64,000 nucleotides of DNA, taken from positions 58,813 to 122,812 of the forward strand of contig JAQXHN010000014.1 in the NCBI GenBank assembly GCA_029007295.1. Direction: 5' to 3'. Of the stretch, positions 47,882-56,165 are shown piece after piece. Within the stretch, counting starts at the first letter, position 1, and every line of letters begins with the position of its first letter. The position numbers were made by a program, and so were the translations under genes. The DNA comes from Clostridia bacterium (GTDB taxonomy: Bacteria; Bacillota; Clostridia; Oscillospirales; CAG-272). The notes under the pieces were generated by a model. The model did no database searches. It worked only from the letters and a program-made list of their open reading frames with translations, and was not told the DNA's origin.

Positions 47882-49192
47882 TCAGCTGTAAAGCTTTCTT
47901 TTATCAATCACTCTTACCGCCTTGCCCTCCGAACGGGGAATGGAGTTTGGCTCCAGCAGAGTAACCTTGGCAACGATACCCAGTAAGGATTTCAGCGCTT
48001 CGCTGACGTTGCGGCTTATTGTTTCAAGATCGCCTATGGTTTCAAACGAAGTTTCCGGCGGCAATTCAACCTTTACCTCGCAGGTATCCGAATTATCCAC
48101 TCTGTCGACTACAATTTGATATGCGGTGTAGAAGCCCCGTTCAACCAAAACGGTTTCTATCTGGCTCGGAAATACGTTTACTCCTCTTATAATCAGCATA
48201 TCGTCGGTTCTTCCCATAGGCTTTGTCATGCGGAGGAAGGTTCTGCCGCATGTGCATTTCTCCTTGGTGATTTTACCTATATCTCTTGTCCTGTAACGGA
48301 TAACGGGGAACGCTTTTTTTGTCAGCGAGGTGAATACCAATTCTCCTGTCTCGCCCTCCGGCAGTACCTTTCCTGTGTCGGGGTCTATTACCTCGACGAT
48401 AAAGTGATCCTCGTTTACATGCATACCGCACTGGTATTTACATTCGTATGAGACGCCCGGACCCATAACCTCGGTCAGACCGTAAATGTCGTATGCTTTA
48501 ATTCCGAGCATTTCCTCGATTTTACGGCGCATCTCCTCGGTCCACGGCTCGGCTCCGAAAATTCCCGCCTTCAACGAGATATCTTCTTTTCTAACGCCCA
48601 TACTCTGCATAGTCTCGGCAAGATGCATTGCATATGAGGGGGTCGAGCACAGAACGGTGGAGCCGAAATCCTTAAAAATAGTGACTTGCCGTTGCGTGTT
48701 ACCGCTTGAAACGGGAATAGCGGTGCTTCCGAGCTTTTCGGAGCCGTTATACAGGCCGAATCCGCCCGTAAACAAACCGAAGCCGTACGATACGTGAACC
48801 ATGTCGTTTTTATCGGCGCCTGCCGCCGCCAAAGCCCGCGCGCAAATCTCAGACCAAATATCAATATCATCCTTTGTGTAACCGACGACAATCTGTTTTC
48901 CGGTTGTACCGCTGGAGGCGTGTAAACGTATAACCTCCTCCATCGGAACCGCAAACATTCCGTAGGGATAGGTGTCTCGCAGATCCGCCTTCACCGTGAA
49001 CGGCAGCTTATGTAAATCCTCAATGCCTTTTATATCCTCGGGAGATATTCCCTTTTCATCCATTCTTCTTCTGTAAAGCTCTACGTTGTCATAGACGTGT
49101 TTTATCTGCTGACAAAGAAGAGTGCTTTGCAATATGGATAATTCTTCACGGGGCATGGTTTCGGCTTTTTCGTTAAAGTATCTCATATTCAA
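47882..49192 (-). CDS. paaK: phenylacetate--CoA ligase family protein (PaaK-type)
   Basis: LPFTVKADLRDTYPYGMFAVP and HASSGTTGK motifs; 436 aa. Confidence 0.88.
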   Translation of the reverse strand: MNMRYFNEKAETMPREELSILQSTLLCQQIKHVYDNVELYRRRMDEKGISPEDIKGIEDLHKLPFTVKADLRDTYPYGMFAVPMEEVIRLHASSGTTGKQIVVGYTKDDIDIWSEICARALAAAGADKNDMVHVSYGFGLFTGGFGLYNGSEKLGSTAIPVSSGNTQRQVTIFKDFGSTVLCSTPSYAMHLAETMQSMGVRKEDISLKAGIFGAEPWTEEMRRKIEEMLGIKAYDIYGLTEVMGPGVSYECKYQCGMHVNEDHFIVEVIDPDTGKVLPEGETGELVFTSLTKKAFPVIRYRTRDIGKITKEKCTCGRTFLRMTKPMGRTDDMLIIRGVNVFPSQIETVLVERGFYTAYQIVVDRVDNSDTCEVKVELPPETSFETIGDLETISRNVSEALKSLLGIVAKVTLLEPNSIPRSEGKAVRVIDKRKLYS

Positions 49193-49200
49193 ACCCTCAA

Positions 49201-49776
49201 TTAATGATTTTTTCCTAACAGAAACGCCTTTTTATTCAATTCGACAAACTTAGGAGGTACGCATTTTTCAATTGCTTCAAGCCATGCGCTTTCCGGGATA
49301 TCAAAATATTTTGAAAGAACGCCCATCAAAACAATGTTAACGGCTTTTTGCGAGCCTGCCTCAGTCGCAATGGCAAGAGCGTCCAAACCGTCGACGGATA
49401 TTTGCTTAGCCTTGATTTTTTCGAGAAGCTTCTCCGGATATTTTGCGGCGCCGGTAATAACGGTAATCGGATTAATTTCCTGAGTGTTGACAATAATCGT
49501 ACCGCCCTCCTTTAAATATTCGGTATATCTTGCGGCCTCTAAAAGCTCAAATGAAACTATCATATCCGCACAGCCCTTATCCGTTATGGGGGAATAAACC
49601 TTATCGCCGAATCTGACATAGGTTACAACAGAGCCGCCTCTCTGACTCATACCGTGAACCTCAGAAACCTTAACGTCATAGTTTTCGGCTAACAGCACGG
49701 AGCCCAAAAGCTTGCTCGCCAAAAGCGAGCCCTGACCTCCTACGCCTACAATCATTATATCCTTAGTTGTGTTCAT
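49201..49776 (-). CDS. iorB: indolepyruvate:ferredoxin oxidoreductase subunit beta
   Basis: IMIVGVGGQGSLLASKLLG...SEVHGMSQRGGSV is the gamma-like domain typical of IorB. Confidence 0.88.
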   Translation of the reverse strand: MNTTKDIMIVGVGGQGSLLASKLLGSVLLAENYDVKVSEVHGMSQRGGSVVTYVRFGDKVYSPITDKGCADMIVSFELLEAARYTEYLKEGGTIIVNTQEINPITVITGAAKYPEKLLEKIKAKQISVDGLDALAIATEAGSQKAVNIVLMGVLSKYFDIPESAWLEAIEKCVPPKFVELNKKAFLLGKNH

Positions 49777-51515
49777 TATTTTTCATCCTTTCCGCCGAAG
49801 GCACCGAATTTGCATAGCTGCTCGCAGACGCCGCAGCCTACGCATTGGGTAGGATCAACGGATACTTTTTTGTTGTCCGCAATATACAGCGCAGGGCAAC
49901 CGAGCTTCATACAAGCATGGCAGGCTTTGCATTTTTCGCTGTCAACGGAAAGCGAAGGCTTGGTTTTAACATATTTTAAGAGAACGCACGGACGGCGCGA
50001 TATAATGACCGAGGCCTCCTCTGCCGCCAGCTCTTCTTTGATCGCTTTATCGCACTCGGAAATGTTATACGGGTCTACAACCCTGACCCTTTTAATACCG
50101 ATTGCGCGGCAAAGCGCTTCAAGGTCTATTTTGGCTGCGGGATCGCCCTTCAGATTCATACCGGTTGTCGGGTTGTGCTGATGGCCTGTCATACCGGTTA
50201 TGGAGTTGTCGAGAATTATAACCGTGCCGTGAGTATCGTTATATGTCATGTTTACAAGCCCCGTAATACCGGAGTGCATAAACGTCGAGTCGCCGATAAC
50301 ACATACGCTCTTTTGCTCCGCTTCTTTTCCGAGAGCCTTGTTATATCCGTGAAGTCCCGATACGGAAGCGCCCATACATATTACCGTATCTATGGCGTTC
50401 AGCGGCGGCTGTGCTCCTAACGTATAGCAGCCTATGTCGCCGAATACGGTGATTTTATTTTTCGCCAAGGTGTAGAATAAGCCTCTGTGAGGACAGCCTG
50501 CACACATAACCGGGGGACGGACGGGAAGCTCGTCGTCAAGCGTCTTTCCGTGAGGAATTTCTTTGCCCAAGAGCTCGGCAAGCTTATTCTGCGAAAGCTC
50601 GCCTATCATCGGAATTTTGTCCTTTCCCGTAACGGAAAGACCCAATGAATTGCAATGGGACTCGATAATTCCGTCAAGCTCCTCAACAACGATAAGCTTG
50701 TCGACAGACGCCGCAAAATCAAGTATTTTTCTTTTCGGCATGGGATTGATCATACCGAGCTTCAACACCTTAACGCTGTCGCCGAAAACCTCTTTAACAT
50801 ACTGATACGATGTGCTTGAGGTAATGACTCCGATATTTCCTTCGCCTTCTATTCTGTTTATGTCGCTTGTTTCGGCAAACTCCGTTAAATCCGCAGTCCT
50901 TTTCTCAACGAGCGGATGGCGCTTTTTGGCAAAGCCGGGCATCATTATGTATTTTTGAGGATTTTTCTCATATTTGCGTTCGGGAGCCTCGACTCTGTCC
51001 GACAATTCGCACACGCTTTGCGAATGGGCAACTCTTGTACACATCTTTATGATAACGGGCGTGTCATATTTTTCGGAAATATAATATGCCTTCTTAGCAA
51101 ATTCCAGAGCCTCGCGAGAATCCGAGGGCTCGAGCATGGGAAGCTTTGCGGCAACGGCATAATGACGGGAATCCTGCTCATTCTGCGAAGAGTGCATTCC
51201 GGCGTCATCGGCAACTGCAATAATCATTCCGCCGTTTACGCCGGTATAAGAAATAGTAAAGAGAGGGTCTGCCGCAACATTAAGTCCTACATGCTTCATG
51301 CCGCAGAAGGAACGCTTACCTGCGACGCTTGCACCGAAGGCGCTCTCCATCGCTACCTTTTCGTTCGGTGCCCATTCGGCATAGATTTCACCGTACTTTG
51401 CGGCATATTCCGTTATTTCGGTGCTGGGGGTTCCGGGATAGCTTGACACAAACGAACATCCGGCTTCCCACAGTCCTCGGGCAAGAGCCTCGTTTCCGAG
51501 CAATAATTTTTTCAT
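49776..51515 (-). CDS. iorA: indolepyruvate:ferredoxin oxidoreductase subunit alpha
   Basis: 579 aa with a TPP-binding region (GDSTFMHSG) and two C-terminal 4Fe-4S motifs (CKACHAC..C; CVGCGVCEQLC). Confidence 0.9.
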   Translation of the reverse strand: MKKLLLGNEALARGLWEAGCSFVSSYPGTPSTEITEYAAKYGEIYAEWAPNEKVAMESAFGASVAGKRSFCGMKHVGLNVAADPLFTISYTGVNGGMIIAVADDAGMHSSQNEQDSRHYAVAAKLPMLEPSDSREALEFAKKAYYISEKYDTPVIIKMCTRVAHSQSVCELSDRVEAPERKYEKNPQKYIMMPGFAKKRHPLVEKRTADLTEFAETSDINRIEGEGNIGVITSSTSYQYVKEVFGDSVKVLKLGMINPMPKRKILDFAASVDKLIVVEELDGIIESHCNSLGLSVTGKDKIPMIGELSQNKLAELLGKEIPHGKTLDDELPVRPPVMCAGCPHRGLFYTLAKNKITVFGDIGCYTLGAQPPLNAIDTVICMGASVSGLHGYNKALGKEAEQKSVCVIGDSTFMHSGITGLVNMTYNDTHGTVIILDNSITGMTGHQHNPTTGMNLKGDPAAKIDLEALCRAIGIKRVRVVDPYNISECDKAIKEELAAEEASVIISRRPCVLLKYVKTKPSLSVDSEKCKACHACMKLGCPALYIADNKKVSVDPTQCVGCGVCEQLCKFGAFGGKDEK

Positions 51516-51547
51516 AATTTTGTCTCCGATGATTATTTATTTTGTTA

Positions 51548-53077
51548 TCAGTCTCCGAGAGAGTCCTTTGCATGAACGCTTATTGTAATGTCATAGCATG
51601 AGAATGCATCGTCAACAAGCTTTTCACTCGGCTTTTTGGTTATCAGGCTTACAACAGGTACTATTATCAATCCCGCAAGCATTACAAAAGCGCCGCAGTT
51701 AACGGGCGACTGCAAAAGAGCGGGGAAGGAGCTTCTTGCAAGCATATTGGCAACCATGACTCCCACAGCGAATATAAAGTTTACCCAAACCGCGCAGACG
51801 CTGACCTTCTTCCAGTATAAGCCGTAAATGTAAGGTGCGAGGAACGAGCCTGCCATAGCGCCCCATGAAATGCCCATCATTTGAGCTATATATGTATTTG
51901 CGCTGTTGTACTGGTAAATTGCGATTCCCGCCGATATTGCAACGAACACAACAATGAAAATACGGATTACAAAAACCTGAGTTTTCTGTCCCATATTCTT
52001 CTTTGCCGGCTTTACAACATCCAGCGTCATTGTCGAAGATGAAGTCATAACAAGCGACGAAAGCGTAGACATTGATGCGGAAAGCACCAATACTATAACA
52101 ACCGCAATCAAAATATCGGGCAATTTTTCAAGCATAGTGGGAATAATTGAGTCAAAGCCCTGATTTGCAACCTCCGAATCTGTGAGGAATATTCTTCCGA
52201 AGCCGCCCAGGAAGTAGCAACCGCCGGCAACGATGATTGCAAATACCGTGGACACTATTGTTCCCTTTGTAATTGCCTGCTCATTTTTAATTGCATAAAA
52301 TTTCTGAGTCATCTGCGGCAAGCCCCATGTGCCGAGAGAGGTAAGTATTATTACCGCCAAAAGCGATGTCTTGTCGGGACCGAAGAAGGAGGCGTATACG
52401 CCCGGAACGGAGCTGTCTCCCTTGACGGAAGCAAGCTCGATCAGCGACTGCGTAAAGCCGCCGTTTATATTCAAAACCGCTATAACCACGGCAACGATAC
52501 CGAACAGCATAATTATTCCCTGAATAAAATCATTGACCACCGTCGCCATATAACCGCCGGCAACCACATAAATACAGGTAAGCGCCGCCATAGCTAAAAT
52601 ACACCATGTGTAATTTATGTTAAAAGCCATCTCAAAAAGGCGTGAAAGTCCGTTATAGAGAGACGCGGTGTAGGGGATCATAAATACAAATATTATCAGC
52701 GCCGCACCGAAACGAAGTGATTTTGAGCCGTACCGTGCACCGATGAACTGAGGCATGGTTGCGCTTTTCAGATGCTGAGTCATGATTCTCGTTCTTCTGC
52801 CGAGCACGAGCCATGCGATAAACGAGCCGAGAATAGCGTTTCCTATGCCTATCCATGTAGACGCAATTCCGAACTTCCATCCGAACTGACCGGCATATCC
52901 GATGAAAATAACCGCAGAAAAGTAGGACGTACCGTAGGCGAATGCAGTCATCCATGCGCCTACGTTTCTGCCGCCAAGTACAAATCCGTTAACATTGTCG
53001 TTCTTTTTGCGGCAGGCAAAGCCTACGGCCACCATTACGGCAAAAAAAACTACCAGCAATAAAATTTTGATTACCAT
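51548..53077 (-). CDS. sodium:solute symporter family transporter (substrate unknown)
   Basis: 509 aa, about 13 TM, with FVLGGRNVGAWMTAFAYGTSYFSA in the SSF N-terminal region. Confidence 0.85.
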   Translation of the reverse strand: MVIKILLLVVFFAVMVAVGFACRKKNDNVNGFVLGGRNVGAWMTAFAYGTSYFSAVIFIGYAGQFGWKFGIASTWIGIGNAILGSFIAWLVLGRRTRIMTQHLKSATMPQFIGARYGSKSLRFGAALIIFVFMIPYTASLYNGLSRLFEMAFNINYTWCILAMAALTCIYVVAGGYMATVVNDFIQGIIMLFGIVAVVIAVLNINGGFTQSLIELASVKGDSSVPGVYASFFGPDKTSLLAVIILTSLGTWGLPQMTQKFYAIKNEQAITKGTIVSTVFAIIVAGGCYFLGGFGRIFLTDSEVANQGFDSIIPTMLEKLPDILIAVVIVLVLSASMSTLSSLVMTSSSTMTLDVVKPAKKNMGQKTQVFVIRIFIVVFVAISAGIAIYQYNSANTYIAQMMGISWGAMAGSFLAPYIYGLYWKKVSVCAVWVNFIFAVGVMVANMLARSSFPALLQSPVNCGAFVMLAGLIIVPVVSLITKKPSEKLVDDAFSCYDITISVHAKDSLGD

Positions 53078-53085
53078 TTTTCTCC

Positions 53086-54726
53086 TTAGCCCTTTATTTG
53101 TGAAGTAATAAGATTATCTCCGCCGTAGCGGTGTCTTAAAACCGGCTTCTCTATCTTGCCGGTGGGGTTTCTCGGGATATCGGCCAGAATTATCTTGTGA
53201 GGCCTTTTGTAACGGGGGAGAGCCTGACAGAATTCATTCAGCTCCTCAAGCGTTGCCGTATGTCCGTCCTTTAATTCGATTATGGCGCAGGTGGTTTCTC
53301 CCAATCGGGCGTCCGGTATGCCTATAACGGCGGCGTCCTTTATGGAATTGTTTGTGCGAAGGAAATCCTCGATTTCCACAGGATAAATGTTTTCTCCTCC
53401 GGAAATAACGACGTCCTTTTTTCTGTCCACGAGGTAGATAAAGCCGTCATCGTCCGTTTTTGCCATATCGCCGGTATACAGCCAGCCGTCACGGAGAATT
53501 TCGTCGGTTGCCACGGGATTTTTGTAGTAGCACTTCATTACTCCGTCGCCGAATACGGCGAGCTCGCCCACCTCTCCCGGCTTTACTTCGTTTCCGTTTG
53601 CGTCGACTATCTTTGCTTTCCAGCCGAATCCCGCTTTTCCGATTGCGCCAACCTTGTGAATGTTTTCAACTCCGAGGTGAACGCAGCCCGGGCCGATAGA
53701 TTCGGATAAGCCGTAGTTTGTATCGTATTTGTGGTTTGGAAAATGCTCGAGCCAGCGTTTAATTAAGCTCGGCGGGACGGGCTGCGCGCCTATGTGCATC
53801 AATCTCCACTGTGACAGATTCATTTTACCGATATCCACATTTCCCGAGTCGATCGAGTCGAGAATATCCTGAGCCCACGGCACTAACAGCCATACTATAG
53901 TTGCCCTCTCATCGGAAACGGCTCGCAAAATCCATTCGGGCTTGACGCCTCTCAAAATAACCGCACGGCTGCCGGAAATAAGGCTGCCGAACCAATGCAT
54001 TTTTGCGCCGGTATGATAAAGAGGGGGTATGCAGAGAAATACGTCGTCGTGTGTCTGAGAATGATGTTTTTGCTCCGTTAGGCAGGAGCAAATCAACGCT
54101 TTGTGCGCATGAAGAATCGCCTTGGGTCTTCCTGTCGTGCCGGAAGAAAAATATATTGCAGCGTCGTCGTTTTCGTCAAGTGCGACCGCAGGGGGCTGTG
54201 TCGAGCAGAATAATACATATTCGCCGTACAAATCCGCATAGTCGGGACAGGTCTCTTTGCTTCCGACAAAAAACATGTCCTTAATGCCGGGAAGGGAGGG
54301 CGCAACCGTGTCGATACGCTGAATGAATTCCGGACTGAAAACGAGGCACCTTAAATCGGCAAGCTCGGCGCAATATTTTATTTCGTCGGCAGTGTAACGG
54401 AAATTAAGGGGAACGGCAAGCGCCCCGGTTTTCAGAACTCCGAAATAGCAGGGAAGCCATTCCAGCGAATTCATCATCAGTATGCCGACCTTATCGCCCT
54501 TGCGTATTCCTCTTGTCAGGAGCAGATTAGCAAAGCGATTTGCTTTTTTGTCGAATTCATTCCATGTCATTTCACGCCGATACTTGCCACCGGAGGCGGA
54601 TTCTATAAGATTGAATTCCATCCATGTTTTGGCGTTGTCCATCTCGTTCGACGGATTGATTTCGACAAGGGCGACCTCGTTTGCGTATATTTTAGCGTTT
54701 CTTTCAAGAAAATCAGTAATTACCAT
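53086..54726 (-). CDS. AMP-binding acyl-CoA synthetase (class I adenylate-forming enzyme)
   Basis: IYFSSGTTGRPKA (A3), YTGDMA (A8) and PTGKIEK (A10) motifs. First gene after the T-box leader. Confidence 0.9.
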   Translation of the reverse strand: MVITDFLERNAKIYANEVALVEINPSNEMDNAKTWMEFNLIESASGGKYRREMTWNEFDKKANRFANLLLTRGIRKGDKVGILMMNSLEWLPCYFGVLKTGALAVPLNFRYTADEIKYCAELADLRCLVFSPEFIQRIDTVAPSLPGIKDMFFVGSKETCPDYADLYGEYVLFCSTQPPAVALDENDDAAIYFSSGTTGRPKAILHAHKALICSCLTEQKHHSQTHDDVFLCIPPLYHTGAKMHWFGSLISGSRAVILRGVKPEWILRAVSDERATIVWLLVPWAQDILDSIDSGNVDIGKMNLSQWRLMHIGAQPVPPSLIKRWLEHFPNHKYDTNYGLSESIGPGCVHLGVENIHKVGAIGKAGFGWKAKIVDANGNEVKPGEVGELAVFGDGVMKCYYKNPVATDEILRDGWLYTGDMAKTDDDGFIYLVDRKKDVVISGGENIYPVEIEDFLRTNNSIKDAAVIGIPDARLGETTCAIIELKDGHTATLEELNEFCQALPRYKRPHKIILADIPRNPTGKIEKPVLRHRYGGDNLITSQIKG

Positions 54727-54754
54727 ATTGCCTACCCTTTCTTTTCAGCGAAAA

Positions 54755-55025
54755 CAAAAAAGTCCTCTCGCCTGTTGCGAGAGGACGATTAAATCGCGGT
54801 ACCACCTCTGTTCACATCAGCCTCACGACCGATGTCTTACACGGTACGGCAAAATGCGATACCGTATTCGCTTTAACGGGCGAGCCCGTCGTAGCCTACT
54901 CGAAAATTCTTTGGGTACGAAGCTATCGGAAGGTATTCCCATACTCTCAATACTGTCTTTCACCAAACGACAGCTCTCTTAAATTGATTACGTATGCTAC
55001 TGTTTTCCGGTCAAAGCCTTTCAAT
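54755..55025 (-). promoter_or_regulatory. T-box riboswitch leader (probable Tyr specifier UAC)
   Basis: Minus-strand reading shows stem I with AGAGAG bulge, distal loop GUUUGGUGAAA and a specifier loop GGAAUACC. The T-box sequence GGUGGUACCGCG lies at 54806-54795. The terminator GUCCUCUCGC-AACAG-GCGAGAGGAC-UUUUUUG lies at 54786-54755 and competes with an AGAGG/CCUCU antiterminator. Confidence 0.85.
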
Positions 55026-55031
55026 GCAGAT

Positions 55032-55060
55032 ATTTTATCATGTTAACATGTTTTTGTCAA
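55032..55060 (-). promoter_or_regulatory. sigma-A promoter (TTGACA-17-TAAAAT) of the T-box operon
   Basis: Hexamers and 17-nt spacer read on the minus strand. Confidence 0.6.
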
Positions 55061-55145
55061 TAGTTTTCAAGAAAATGAATTTTTTGTCTTTTTGTGTTTT
55101 AATACGGGTTTTTATGCGTTGTATAAGCATAAATCGGACAGGGCG

Positions 55146-55820
55146 TTAAACCGAGGCAAGCAACACGCTCCGTATTTTATCTTCAATAACCGAATAACCC
55201 TTTTCCGTCGGATGAATACCGTCTGTGCAAATCAATTCTCCGTAATCGTGCCGAAGCAGAAAATCTCCTCTCAAATCCACAAAAATACATCCGTTTTTTC
55301 TTGCGATATTTTCAATTATATGATTGTAATATTCGTGCCACCTTGACAGCATGCTTACGTCGCCGAGCCAAGAGATAATATTGTCCTTTGAAAGTCCTTT
55401 GCTTATCCAGGACAGGTATTTTTCGGAATCAATCGGCACAAGCGAAGCAACGGCAACCCTTGCGCCGTTTGACGACGCTTTTTTTATCGCCTTTGCGTAA
55501 AGATTTTTGAAAAGCTCCGGCGGAGTTTTCGGATTATGCGCGGCTTCGGGCGAATTTGAAACCTCTTGCCAGTTGTAATCGCAGTCATTTCCGCCCATTT
55601 CCAAAAGCACGACGTCTGTTTTTGAAGCCTTGTTTATAAAGCGCTCCTGCAAATTCAGTATTTTCTCGGCGGTCGCCCCCATCCTTGAATGATTTTCGAC
55701 CTCAATTTCATTGTCGGCAAAGGAATCGTATTTACTGCCTTTTCTAAGCCTATAGCGCCTTTGCTCGTCGGAATACACCACTCCCTGTAAAATCGAATCT
55801 CCGAAAATTTGCAATTTCAT
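55146..55820 (-). CDS. SGNH/GDSL-family hydrolase
   Basis: Block I FGDSI, block III GGND, and a C-terminal DGIHP (DxxH) motif. Confidence 0.85.
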   Translation of the reverse strand: MKLQIFGDSILQGVVYSDEQRRYRLRKGSKYDSFADNEIEVENHSRMGATAEKILNLQERFINKASKTDVVLLEMGGNDCDYNWQEVSNSPEAAHNPKTPPELFKNLYAKAIKKASSNGARVAVASLVPIDSEKYLSWISKGLSKDNIISWLGDVSMLSRWHEYYNHIIENIARKNGCIFVDLRGDFLLRHDYGELICTDGIHPTEKGYSVIEDKIRSVLLASV

Positions 55821-55942
55821 TATTTACCTCCCCGACGTATTGTCGATATTATTATTCTCGCTGCTTGGAATTATCATATTCCCGTATTATTATTTTTTCA
55901 ACCTACGGTGGTTATTCCCGTATCTAATGTTTATCAAACCGT

Positions 55943-55971
55943 CGGTAGAGTGATTTAAAATCACTCTACCG
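55943..55971. repeat. perfect 29-nt palindrome (14-bp arms)
   Basis: CGGTAGAGTGATTT-A-AAATCACTCTACCG; no flanking U-tract on either strand. Confidence 0.9.
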
Positions 55972-56165
55972 TGAAAAGAATTACCTTAGTTCGGAACCTT
56001 TAGATAGCATAATCAAGTTGTTTAGATATTCTACAACCAATCAGTTTGGCTATTCTACACAATTATATTAATAAAAGTCGGTGAAAAAAATTAAACCAAA
56101 TGTATTTTGTTTTACAGTAAACTATGATATAATCTTAATACAGTTTTCAGAACTAAGGAGGTTCT

